Source of the DNA: a virus
IMG/VR virus record: IMGVR_UViG_3300021962_000027
DNA: 64,000 nt
Strand: one strand, 5' to 3'
The position numbers and the translations under genes are program-made. Shown here piece by piece: positions 51,289-60,717 of the stretch (positions within the stretch are counted from its first letter, which is position 1; each line of letters begins with the position of its first letter). The notes under the pieces are model-generated. The model did no database searches. It saw only the letters and a program-made list of their open reading frames with translations, and was not told where the DNA came from.

Positions 51289-54243
51289 ATGTCAAATTTA
51301 ATATTAAGAACAAATCTAAGCAGACCTTTAACACACAATGAACTGGATGCCAACATGCAATTCCTTGAAATTGTAGAGTGGTCGGTCAAAGAGTTCAAAA
51401 AGGGTCAATTTAGCTATCGAACAGTTGGTAGCCTAACATCACTATATCTTTGTATAGAAACGCATACGGACTTCGTTTATGAAGCAACCAATGGTGAATT
51501 TGCAGAAGTAATAACAATTGACGGTACCCCCATTAGACTTTGGAGAAAAGTAGCGGGTGGTTCTGGCGGTGGAACTGGGGCTGAATTTACTGATGTAGCC
51601 TTCGATAACGAAACTAATTTATTAATATTCACCACAGCTGATGGTAATGACGTAACTGTTGATTTAAGTTCATTAGCTGGTGGTGGCACTGGAACCTCTG
51701 GTTCATCAGGTAATAGTGGAACTAGTGGTGTTAATGGTACATCTGGTATCAACGGTGTGGACGGTGCGGATGGTACATCTGGTAGAAATGGTACAAGTGG
51801 TATTAACGGAACCTCTGGTTCATCAGGTATAAACGGAACAAACGGTGTTAACGGTTCTTCTGGTTCTTCGGGGCAAAGTGGTGTTAACGGTTCTTCTGGT
51901 TCTTCGGGACAAAGTGGTACGAGCGGTGTAAGCGGTTCTTCTGGTTTAACAGGCTCATCTGGTTCATCTGGTTCATCTGGTAGAAACGGTACAAGTGGTA
52001 TTAACGGAACCTCTGGTTCCTCAGGAAATAATGGCACAAGTGGTATTAATGGTAATAACGGGTCTTCAGGTTCGTCTGGCCTTAGTGGTAGTTTGTACAA
52101 CGGAATAGTATCCTCACCAATAAATTATTCCATTTTAAGCGTTGGGTCGACACTTAATGTTAATGCCGCAACTGGTTTATCATATACAGTTGGTCAAACA
52201 ATTGTTATCGCATATGATGTTGATAACAAAGCAATAGGCGAAGTTTCAGCTTATAATTCAAATACTGGTTTATTATCAATAGTGGTAGATTCGGTATCAT
52301 TTAATATAAGCTCACCCGTAGCCCCATCTTTTAGTAATCTAGATGGTGCAGCTGGTGGTGGTAGTGGATCTTCTGGTACATCTGGTGAAAATGGTACGTC
52401 AGGTGTTGATGGTACCTCTGGGATAGATGGTGAAAACGGTACTTCAGGAATAAGTGGTGTTGACGGAACATCTGGTATTGACGGTGTTGATGGTCTAAAT
52501 GGTACATCTGGTTCTTCTGGGGTTAGTGGTGCTGATGGAACATCTGGTGTAAGTGGTATAAACGGTGTTGATGGTACCTCTGGACAATCTGGTATTGACG
52601 GGACATCTGGTTCTTCAGGAATAAGTGGTGCTGATGGTACATCTGGAATAGACGGTATTGACGGGACCTCTGGTTCTTCAGGAATAAGTGGTATTGACGG
52701 TACGTCTGGAGTTGATGGTATCGATGGAACCTCTGGTTCTTCAGGAATAAGTGGTATCGATGGAGCTGACGGTTTGAACGGAACATCTGGTTCTTCAGGA
52801 ATAAGTGGTATTGACGGTACGTCTGGAGTTGATGGTATCGATGGAACCTCTGGAATCGATGGGACATCTGGTTCATCTGGTATAAGCGGTATTGACGGAA
52901 CATCTGGTATTGACGGAACTTCTGGAATAGACGGTATAAACGGTGAAAACGGTACTTCAGGTATTGACGGAACATCTGGTTCTTCTGGGGTTAGTGGTAC
53001 CTCTGGACAATCTGGTATTGACGGGACTTCTGGTTCTTCAGGAATAAGTGGCGCTGATGGTACATCTGGTACATCAGGTATCGATGGTATTGACGGTATT
53101 GACGGTTTAAATGGTACTTCAGGAATTGACGGTATTGATGGTCTAAATGGTACATCTGGTACATCAGGTATCGATGGTATTGACGGTACTTCAGGAATAA
53201 GTGGTATCGATGGAACATCAGGTTCTTCAGGAATAAGTGGTATCGATGGAACATCAGGTATCGATGGGGCTGACGGTACTTCAGGAATAAGTGGTATCGA
53301 TGGAACATCAGGTATCGATGGGGCTGACGGTTTGAACGGAACATCTGGTATTGATGGTTTAAACGGTACTTCAGGAATAAGTGGTATTGACGGAACATCT
53401 GGGATAAATGGAGTTGATGGAACATCTGGTATCGATGGTATTGATGGTTTAAACGGTACTTCAGGAATAAGTGGTGTTAACGGAATTGACGGGACCTCTG
53501 GTTCTTCAGGAATAAGTGGAACATCTGGTTTAACTGGTACTTCAGGAATTGACGGTATTGATGGTCTAAATGGTACATCTGGTATCGATGGTATTGACGG
53601 TACTTCAGGAATTGATGGTATTGATGGTTTAAATGGGACCTCTGGTTCTTCAGGAATAAGTGGTATCGATGGAACATCTGGTTCTTCAGGAATAAGTGGA
53701 ACATCTGGTTTAACTGGAACGGCTGGTATCTCTGGAACATCTGGTTTAACTGGAACATCTGGTTTAACTGGTACATCTGGTTTAACTGGAACGGCTGGTT
53801 CTTCAGGCGCTAACGGTTTACCAGGTACATCTGGTACATCTGGTGGTGGAAGTACTGGTGTATATGTACTTAAATTAGAGTATAGCGCTGGTTCTTTAGT
53901 AGCCTCACCATTTGTTAGCGCTAAAGATCCCGAAGGTAATACACTTACAAGTGGTTCAGGTGGTTGGGTATTCACGAGAGTGGGTGCCAATGAAATCACG
54001 ATTACCCACCCACAAGGTAAATGGGCTGTTGATTTAATGACACACGCACAAATAAGTACTGGTGATTTTATGAGTAGAATGATGACGGGCGTTAGTACGT
54101 CACAAAACGTTGCTGTACAAAACACAGGTAAATCAACAATAAATTTTAGGGCGTTAAGTACAACATTTACTGGTATCTATGGAACTGGTACTGCTTACAT
54201 GTACATAACATTCAAATTCCCAACTAACGATTTTTATATATAA
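51289..54243 (+). CDS. Fibre protein with two long Gly-X-Y (collagen-like) tracts
   Basis: N-term LILR..RPLTHNELDAN fibre-type anchor, CBM-like segment, Gly-X-Y tracts, globular C-terminus. Confidence 0.8.
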   Translation: MSNLILRTNLSRPLTHNELDANMQFLEIVEWSVKEFKKGQFSYRTVGSLTSLYLCIETHTDFVYEATNGEFAEVITIDGTPIRLWRKVAGGSGGGTGAEFTDVAFDNETNLLIFTTADGNDVTVDLSSLAGGGTGTSGSSGNSGTSGVNGTSGINGVDGADGTSGRNGTSGINGTSGSSGINGTNGVNGSSGSSGQSGVNGSSGSSGQSGTSGVSGSSGLTGSSGSSGSSGRNGTSGINGTSGSSGNNGTSGINGNNGSSGSSGLSGSLYNGIVSSPINYSILSVGSTLNVNAATGLSYTVGQTIVIAYDVDNKAIGEVSAYNSNTGLLSIVVDSVSFNISSPVAPSFSNLDGAAGGGSGSSGTSGENGTSGVDGTSGIDGENGTSGISGVDGTSGIDGVDGLNGTSGSSGVSGADGTSGVSGINGVDGTSGQSGIDGTSGSSGISGADGTSGIDGIDGTSGSSGISGIDGTSGVDGIDGTSGSSGISGIDGADGLNGTSGSSGISGIDGTSGVDGIDGTSGIDGTSGSSGISGIDGTSGIDGTSGIDGINGENGTSGIDGTSGSSGVSGTSGQSGIDGTSGSSGISGADGTSGTSGIDGIDGIDGLNGTSGIDGIDGLNGTSGTSGIDGIDGTSGISGIDGTSGSSGISGIDGTSGIDGADGTSGISGIDGTSGIDGADGLNGTSGIDGLNGTSGISGIDGTSGINGVDGTSGIDGIDGLNGTSGISGVNGIDGTSGSSGISGTSGLTGTSGIDGIDGLNGTSGIDGIDGTSGIDGIDGLNGTSGSSGISGIDGTSGSSGISGTSGLTGTAGISGTSGLTGTSGLTGTSGLTGTAGSSGANGLPGTSGTSGGGSTGVYVLKLEYSAGSLVASPFVSAKDPEGNTLTSGSGGWVFTRVGANEITITHPQGKWAVDLMTHAQISTGDFMSRMMTGVSTSQNVAVQNTGKSTINFRALSTTFTGIYGTGTAYMYITFKFPTNDFYI
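51691..52086 (+). repeat. Gly-X-Y tract 1 (44 triplets; S/N/T-rich)
   Basis: 9-bp periodicity; GTS/GSS/GIN/GVN. Confidence 0.9.
52366..53841 (+). repeat. Gly-X-Y tract 2 (164 triplets; T/S/I/D-rich)
   Basis: 9-bp periodicity; GTS/GID/GIS/GSS/GLN/GLT. Confidence 0.92.
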
Positions 54244-54249
54244 TAGACG

Positions 54250-56766
54250 ATGGCTAATATACCTTCATTACCAATAACGATAGTCGCTAAGATAGTTCCT
54301 GGTAGTTTAACTACGGATACGACTTATAATAACACAACGAGTATGTATGACGGATATCCGTATACATTTTCAGTGACATTAGAAGTTGTACCAGCTATAA
54401 ACTCTGACGACAGGATTTCACCTAATTCATTTAATTACGATGCATACCATATTACAGAAGGTATGTGGTTGGGTCAAACAAATGGATCCGCATACCAAAT
54501 AATCTCAGCAGCTACACCAACTGATGCAACGCATATTGATGTTATTTTAAAAGATGTTGATTTATTTAACTTATTAAATGATTCATCTATCTCTGGTTCA
54601 AATACACCTGTTGAAGGTAACTTCGGGGTTTTATTTTATCTTTCAGATGATGGTGATCCAATATTATCTGCTATTGAGTTACAAAGAGCTAATTTACCCG
54701 ATATTAATTATTGGATGAATGATTTGTACGGTAGATTCCAATATAGAAATTTATTAACCAACTATTATAATAATAACCCAGATAATTTAGTTTATGGGTC
54801 TGGTTATACTTTAGGGCAATTAGTTTATTTAGATAACACTGGTCAGTTTCAGGTTGTTGATAGCACAGTACAATCTGATCTCGAAAAAGCTTTTGGTATA
54901 ATTACATCTGTTAATGAACCAGAAGATGGTAATATGACAGTTAAACCATTTGGTAAAATAACAGGTGGTTTAAATTTAACAGGTATTGGTACCGTAGGTG
55001 ACTTATTATACTATGATTCAACCGCAACCAGCTCTAATTATTTAACAACAACAAAACCAGCTAATTATCCTTTACCAGTTTATATAAAAATTAGTAATAC
55101 AACAGCCGCTTTCTTAGGATGGCCATTAACAACAGGTGTTTCTGGTACTTCTGGCGGTGCATCTGGATCATCTGGATCATCTGGTGAATCAGGATCATCT
55201 GGTATAAGCACAAATTATGTTGGTGTGTCTAATGATACCATTAATTTAAGCTCTGTTGTTATTAATAATAATTTAACTCTAACAACAACAACATATTTAG
55301 ATTACACCGCTGGTCAAACTGTTATAGTTAGCGCTGGTTGGTTAAAAAATATTATTGGTACAGTTGTTTCATATAATCAAACAAATGGTGAATTAATAAT
55401 TTATGTTTTAAGTGTTGTTGGTACGTCAGCATTTAGTTTATGGGATACAAATTTAACAACACTATCGGGTACAAGTGGTATAGACGGTACCTCTGGTATT
55501 TCTGGATCATCTGGTGAATCAGGTACAAGTGGTATAGATGGTGCGAATGGTATAACGGCTGGGCAAATTTATTATTTTAACGAATCCCAGTCATCTGACG
55601 TTTCACCATATAAAGTATTAAGTAGGGAGCCTGCGGCAACACCTCAACAATCTATTCTCGTAACAACAGCTGGTACAACACCAGTTTTAGTACAAGAATT
55701 TATAACCCCAGAATTAGGGTTTTCGGTAATACCAGGTGGAACACAAAGATTTCACACACATTTCTTAAAATCTGGTGCGGGTTTTAACACAGACACATTC
55801 GTTACTATTGAATTAGCGGATAGCGCTGGAGTTGGTTATGGTACTATTTTACAAACAAATCAAGTCCTAATAGGATGGATTAGTAATACCATCCCAGTAG
55901 AAACAACAATTGATTTAACCTTGCCCACAACAACTATCAACCCAACTGATAGAATGATTGTTAAAATATATGTAGTTGATCAATCTAATGGAAATCATGG
56001 TGTAACATTCTACACAGAAGGAACGCAAAACTACTCTTTTGTTTTAACATCAACTGGTGTAATAGGTGGTACTTCAGGTTCTTCTGGTTCATCTGGTGAA
56101 TCAGTGGCTGTAACGGGTTTAACGATAAATGGTACTTTATTAGAGATACAAAACAGCGATTCAACTAGTGCAAGTGTTGATTTAGACCCAGCAACATCCT
56201 CACAAAGTAAAGAAGGTTTAACAACACACGGTTTTACCTTTTTAGATGAAACAATGTTTACATCGGCTCAACCATTCCACTCATTTTTTGGTGGAATTAG
56301 TGGTACATATGCGGATATTAAAGTTTTCGAATTACAAGAAGTTGATTTAACCGCTAAAACAACATATGTCGTACTAGACGTTGTTGAAACGGGATCAACA
56401 TTTAATTATGTTGTTATTTTACCATTATTAAGTAATGATTTTGAATCAAAAGTTATTAAGTTTGTAACTAAAAGAAATAATCTTAATAATCTTAATGATT
56501 TGTTAGTGGGTTCCAAATGGATTAGTGGTGGTAACTACAATAGAATTATCGCAACAAATATAAAAACTAGATTAACTGATTACGGTTATTTTTTCCCGCT
56601 TGAAACTATGGAAAGTATTGAGATATTATTTGATGGTTATGATTGGTTAGTTGTTAATACACAAAAACAACAATTTATACAAGCAAACCCAGCTAATTAT
56701 CTCCTTAACGGAACTAATGGAACAATTGGGTCATATAAAAATAGGGAAATAGATAATCTATTATAA
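54250..56766 (+). CDS. Second fibre/accessory virion protein with short Gly-X-Y linkers
   Basis: 838 aa; three short GSS/GTS tracts; shares a YT.GQT.I..G.V.SYN..G.L domain with the previous ORF. Confidence 0.7.
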   Translation: MANIPSLPITIVAKIVPGSLTTDTTYNNTTSMYDGYPYTFSVTLEVVPAINSDDRISPNSFNYDAYHITEGMWLGQTNGSAYQIISAATPTDATHIDVILKDVDLFNLLNDSSISGSNTPVEGNFGVLFYLSDDGDPILSAIELQRANLPDINYWMNDLYGRFQYRNLLTNYYNNNPDNLVYGSGYTLGQLVYLDNTGQFQVVDSTVQSDLEKAFGIITSVNEPEDGNMTVKPFGKITGGLNLTGIGTVGDLLYYDSTATSSNYLTTTKPANYPLPVYIKISNTTAAFLGWPLTTGVSGTSGGASGSSGSSGESGSSGISTNYVGVSNDTINLSSVVINNNLTLTTTTYLDYTAGQTVIVSAGWLKNIIGTVVSYNQTNGELIIYVLSVVGTSAFSLWDTNLTTLSGTSGIDGTSGISGSSGESGTSGIDGANGITAGQIYYFNESQSSDVSPYKVLSREPAATPQQSILVTTAGTTPVLVQEFITPELGFSVIPGGTQRFHTHFLKSGAGFNTDTFVTIELADSAGVGYGTILQTNQVLIGWISNTIPVETTIDLTLPTTTINPTDRMIVKIYVVDQSNGNHGVTFYTEGTQNYSFVLTSTGVIGGTSGSSGSSGESVAVTGLTINGTLLEIQNSDSTSASVDLDPATSSQSKEGLTTHGFTFLDETMFTSAQPFHSFFGGISGTYADIKVFELQEVDLTAKTTYVVLDVVETGSTFNYVVILPLLSNDFESKVIKFVTKRNNLNNLNDLLVGSKWISGGNYNRIIATNIKTRLTDYGYFFPLETMESIEILFDGYDWLVVNTQKQQFIQANPANYLLNGTNGTIGSYKNREIDNLL

Positions 56767-57236
56767 TGAAATTACTAGAAGTTTTAAAAATGCATAACTC
56801 AAAACCGTTTACTCTAGAGATAGAGGACGGTTTGGAATTCCCAGTGGATAAAAATCAAGTCGCAAAAGATTTTATACAATTCTGTTGTGATGAATTAAAT
56901 ATTACTGGGAATTTTAAATGTATTCTTTGCCATGATAGAGAAAAACATGGTATTAAAACAACAGCGTATTATCGTGATAAAGATAAATTAGTTTGCGTTT
57001 ACGCCAAAAATAGGATGTTGGGTGATGTTATGAGAAGTGTGGCCCATGAATTGGTACATAAAAAACAATATGAGGATGATCGTATTGAACAACCAGTCCA
57101 AGATGTTGGTGGTGAAATAGAGGATGAAGCAAATGCGGTTGCGGGTCAATTGGTTAAAAAATACATAAAAACCAAAGATAGTGGTAAAACATTATTTGAA
57201 TCAGTTGATTATTTCGGTTTTAAACTTATTTCATAA
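56766..57236 (+). CDS. Small zincin-type metallopeptidase
   Basis: AHELVHKKQ (HExxH) plus downstream EDEAN. Confidence 0.75.
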   Translation: MKLLEVLKMHNSKPFTLEIEDGLEFPVDKNQVAKDFIQFCCDELNITGNFKCILCHDREKHGIKTTAYYRDKDKLVCVYAKNRMLGDVMRSVAHELVHKKQYEDDRIEQPVQDVGGEIEDEANAVAGQLVKKYIKTKDSGKTLFESVDYFGFKLIS

Positions 57237-57252
57237 ATTTTTTCTAAAAAAC

Positions 57253-57283
57253 TTTGTTTGTGATAATTTTTTCTTTAGTTTTG
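57253..57283 (+). promoter_or_regulatory. Bacteroidota primary-sigma promoter
   Basis: TTTG-N19-TAGTTTTG. Confidence 0.78.
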
Positions 57284-57287
57284 TGCT

Positions 57288-58979
57288 ATGGAAAAAAAAT
57301 CTAGAGTTGAGTTTCTATATGAGAACTCATTTAAAGCAACATATAGAAAGGCTGTTAAAAGAGAACAGTTAACTAAGTTTGATAACAGACACGAAGGTTT
57401 TACTAGTTTGCACCATATGGTGTATAATGACTCAGAAGATCTTTTCTATGACCATAGATTATTCAGTTTCTTATCAAGTATGGGGATACCCCCAACCGAT
57501 TATTTGGGTAGTGAAAAAACACCAAGAGAGGTTGCTTTTAACTTTCTAGTTGAGTGTGACCCAACCCCAAATAAAGAAAACTTGCAATGGTTACTTGGTT
57601 TATATAAGAACCAACTGATTAGCTATACAACTGGTTTAAACACATTTTCGGCCATGGGTGGTATTAACGGTAACTTTTACGAAGATTTATTCACAACGGT
57701 TAAATCATCATTGGAAACTTTCGCTTTCCTTAAAAAAACAAATGTTTTAGCGGAAAGTAAAAGAGACATTAACAAATACTCAAATTATCAAACACTTAAT
57801 GAGATTGTGTTACCATACACAATGATGGGCGATGACGGTGAGGATAATGTACACACCTTGGACACAAAAGAATTGAGATGTATCCAAAACCATCAAAATT
57901 TTATTGAGAAGAATAAAGAGTATGACGAAACAATTGGTCGTGCTGAGTTAGTTTTTGAAAACAAAGATTGGGTTATTGTCATAACACATGATAAAGAGGC
58001 CAATGTACAATTTGGTAAATACACAACTTGGTGTACAGCTGGTACGAGATATGGTAGTATGTTTGATTCATACCATGGACGTGGTGAACTATTTGTTTTG
58101 ATTAAAAAGGGATATGGTTCTAAGTCAGCGATTAAGAAAGACCCGTCAGTTCGTTTACAGTTCCATTTTGAGGACCAACAATACATGGATGCACCTGATA
58201 GACCTATCAGTATTAACGACTTTTTATTCAACAACTCTGAGGTTAAAGATTTCTTTAAGAAGTATATCACAAAAGTTGTCCTACCTAAAAGACAAACAAA
58301 GGGTAAAGTCAATGACGACATCCAATTCCTATTAAAATTAGGTTACGGTGACCAAATTATCAAAATGTTGAAAGATTCTAGACCAAAAATATTGGATTTC
58401 AGTGGTAATAAGATGGATTACACTTTATTATCTGAAATCGGTGATATTGATAGTTTAGAAAAGTTAGATTTTTCTGATTGCGGTTTGACTGACATCCCAG
58501 AATCAATCCAAAACCTTAAGAACTTAAAATATCTTAAGCTTAGAAATAATGACATTAAAACCATACCTAACTGGATTAATAACCTTAAGTCATTAACATT
58601 CTTAGATCTTTCTGGTTGTGGTATTACTAATAGATTAGATTTGACTGGCTTATCTGATTTAACTGATATTGTTTTAGATTATAACGCAAAAATGCGTGAA
58701 ATACCACTTGGTTTAGAAACTTTGACTAGTTTAACTAGATTTACAGCCTCAAATTGTGATATTAGGGGTATTGATGAGTCAATCACATTTTGTGAGGGGT
58801 TATTTTTAATAGACCTACACTCAAATACCAAGTTATCAAAAATACCTGTAAAATTAAGTGCCATGACTAACATTATAGCTATATGTATTGATGATACGGC
58901 TATTGATAAGGATATTATTAAGGAATTAACACGGAATAAACGTAGTGGTGAGGTCTCTATTATAAAATATGACTTTTAA
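57288..58979 (+). CDS. Phage 'WCTA'-motif domain fused to leucine-rich repeats
   Basis: DPT..K...WL, DINKY, TWCTA, QFHFE..MDA.D; C-terminal ~8 LRRs (LxxLxLxxN/CxxxxIP). Confidence 0.8.
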   Translation: MEKKSRVEFLYENSFKATYRKAVKREQLTKFDNRHEGFTSLHHMVYNDSEDLFYDHRLFSFLSSMGIPPTDYLGSEKTPREVAFNFLVECDPTPNKENLQWLLGLYKNQLISYTTGLNTFSAMGGINGNFYEDLFTTVKSSLETFAFLKKTNVLAESKRDINKYSNYQTLNEIVLPYTMMGDDGEDNVHTLDTKELRCIQNHQNFIEKNKEYDETIGRAELVFENKDWVIVITHDKEANVQFGKYTTWCTAGTRYGSMFDSYHGRGELFVLIKKGYGSKSAIKKDPSVRLQFHFEDQQYMDAPDRPISINDFLFNNSEVKDFFKKYITKVVLPKRQTKGKVNDDIQFLLKLGYGDQIIKMLKDSRPKILDFSGNKMDYTLLSEIGDIDSLEKLDFSDCGLTDIPESIQNLKNLKYLKLRNNDIKTIPNWINNLKSLTFLDLSGCGITNRLDLTGLSDLTDIVLDYNAKMREIPLGLETLTSLTRFTASNCDIRGIDESITFCEGLFLIDLHSNTKLSKIPVKLSAMTNIIAICIDDTAIDKDIIKELTRNKRSGEVSIIKYDF

Positions 58980-59161
58980 TACGTTAATAGAGGCTTTTTA
59001 ACACGCTTAATAGATTTAACCGAATATTGTAGCCTTAGACTAATTAAAAGCCTGTTTAAGGCGTTTAAATCAGTTTTAATAATAGATACTGGTCTATGAC
59101 TATTTGAGTCAACGACATGTATTTCAGCGTTATTCTTAAAAATTCTAACTTCTAAATTCAT
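58976..59161 (-). CDS. Small hypothetical protein
   Basis: Fills the gap; ATG at 59161 preceded on the minus strand by a TATTATTG -7-like box. Confidence 0.5.
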   Translation of the reverse strand: MNLEVRIFKNNAEIHVVDSNSHRPVSIIKTDLNALNRLLISLRLQYSVKSIKRVKKPLLTY

Positions 59162-59224
59162 TAGTACAATAATAATATATTTATATTTAAGAATAAAGCG
59201 AAAAAACTGCATATTTATAGTATA

Positions 59225-60448
59225 ATGAGAAGATCAGACATTTATAGAAAATCGATTATAAATCAAATACTTACTGAGGGTCAGTCTAGTAATAATCGTG
59301 TATCTTTTTCATATGATTCGGGTAAAAATTCTGGGTTTTATTGTGAGATTATTACATTAGATGAGATTAGACAATCCACTAATGACTTTACTGAAGAAAT
59401 TTCTGTTGAAAATTTTTTAGAAAATTTTGTGCATAATAGGATTGGTGTTATTTTAGAAGATAGTGGTTATTCCATAAATATGAATCTAATTGACACTAAT
59501 TCCTCTAATTTTTATGATGGGTATCAGTTAAATATACCGATACTTAAAGAAAATGAGGAGTTATTTGAGGATCTATTTAGCGAGATCGATGCTGAGTTAG
59601 CGCCAAAAGCCGCTCCAGCACCTACCCCACTACCCTCACCGACACCTGCCCCAGCACCAGATAAGGTTATTAACAAACATGTTAAAAACAGGGTTTCAGA
59701 TGTTCCGATTACAAAGGAACCAACAGCGGGTCAAACCCCCCACTTACCAACACAAGCAAAGGTTAGAAAAACACAGAATCCTAGAAAAGTTGATCTTTTG
59801 TTAAAATCGGTGTTTGAGAGTAAATTTGTTGATTATAAGTTATCAACTGATGTCGGTGATTGGAAACCGATTAAAACATTAAAAGCTGATGGTAAACTAA
59901 TGATAACATGGGAGTCAGTTAAAGAACCCACATTATTAGTTGAGACAATATTATTCCCAGCGGATTCAAATAAAGTAAAAATTAAAGTTAAAAATAGGAG
60001 TGGTAAGATTTTTATCGACCATTTTCTTGAAATTTATCGAATCCCAACAGATGCGTTTTTAGCTGAAAGATTTTTCCGTAAAACATATTTCAATTTACTT
60101 AAAAAGTTTATTGATACACGAGTTATAACATTAGAACCGTTTAATACCGAATTTATTTTCTGGAAAACGGATAACCCTAATTTTTCATACTCATTTAGCT
60201 CACCAAATAAAAATAAAATTATATTGGATTTGATTAGCTTTATTAGTACAGCTAGAAAACCAATATTAGATGATTTTTTTGAACAAAATAACCTAAAACA
60301 TAAACAAGGTTATTTACAAACATTACTTGATGCGGCAGAGGCAGCTGGAATTTTTAGGTTTAAGAGAGAGGGTAATGAAATTATCATCTTAAAAGGCCCG
60401 AACTATAAACCATTCTTGGAAGGTAAAGTTAGGCGAGTAACCACATAA
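59225..60448 (+). CDS. Hypothetical protein with Pro/Ala linker (putative head-internal)
   Basis: 407 aa; TATTTATA at 59212; ILTE, ILKE, LFE sites. Confidence 0.65.
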   Translation: MRRSDIYRKSIINQILTEGQSSNNRVSFSYDSGKNSGFYCEIITLDEIRQSTNDFTEEISVENFLENFVHNRIGVILEDSGYSINMNLIDTNSSNFYDGYQLNIPILKENEELFEDLFSEIDAELAPKAAPAPTPLPSPTPAPAPDKVINKHVKNRVSDVPITKEPTAGQTPHLPTQAKVRKTQNPRKVDLLLKSVFESKFVDYKLSTDVGDWKPIKTLKADGKLMITWESVKEPTLLVETILFPADSNKVKIKVKNRSGKIFIDHFLEIYRIPTDAFLAERFFRKTYFNLLKKFIDTRVITLEPFNTEFIFWKTDNPNFSYSFSSPNKNKIILDLISFISTARKPILDDFFEQNNLKHKQGYLQTLLDAAEAAGIFRFKREGNEIIILKGPNYKPFLEGKVRRVTT

Positions 60449-60462
60449 TATAAATTTGCGTT

Positions 60463-60699
60463 ATGAATTTTAAACAAATTGAAATAGCCTCTTGTTGTTT
60501 TGACATCATAATAATCTTCTCACCCTTTTTACTTTTATTAGGCAGTGGTATTGAAATATTCATCTGGTCTTTTTATATAATCTATTTACCGTATTTACTA
60601 TTTAGTGTGTACAAAAATAACCTAAAAAAGAAAAATAGGTTAATGCTTGAACACGAATTTAAAAAAATAGCGGAAAAAGATTTGCTTATTCACGAATAA
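60463..60699 (+). CDS. Small two-TM membrane protein
   Basis: Hydrophobic 78 aa; TAAATTTG -7 box at 60451. Confidence 0.5.
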   Translation: MNFKQIEIASCCFDIIIIFSPFLLLLGSGIEIFIWSFYIIYLPYLLFSVYKNNLKKKNRLMLEHEFKKIAEKDLLIHE

Positions 60700-60712
60700 T
60701 TTATTATTCTTG
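60681..60712 (+). promoter_or_regulatory. Bacteroidota-type promoter (variant)
   Basis: TTTG-N20-TATTCTTG. Confidence 0.6.
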
Positions 60713-60717
60713 TACCT

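Noticed and set aside
52366-53841. Possible CRISPR array or DGR-type repeat
   Set aside because: The 9-bp coding periodicity has synonymous variation and no repeat-spacer structure; there is no reverse transcriptase or cas operon in the window.
51477-54125. Long Pro-rich antisense ORFs (207 and 624 aa) and other short minus-strand frames
   Set aside because: These are mirror images of the Gly-X-Y codon repeat, which lacks stops on the reverse strand.
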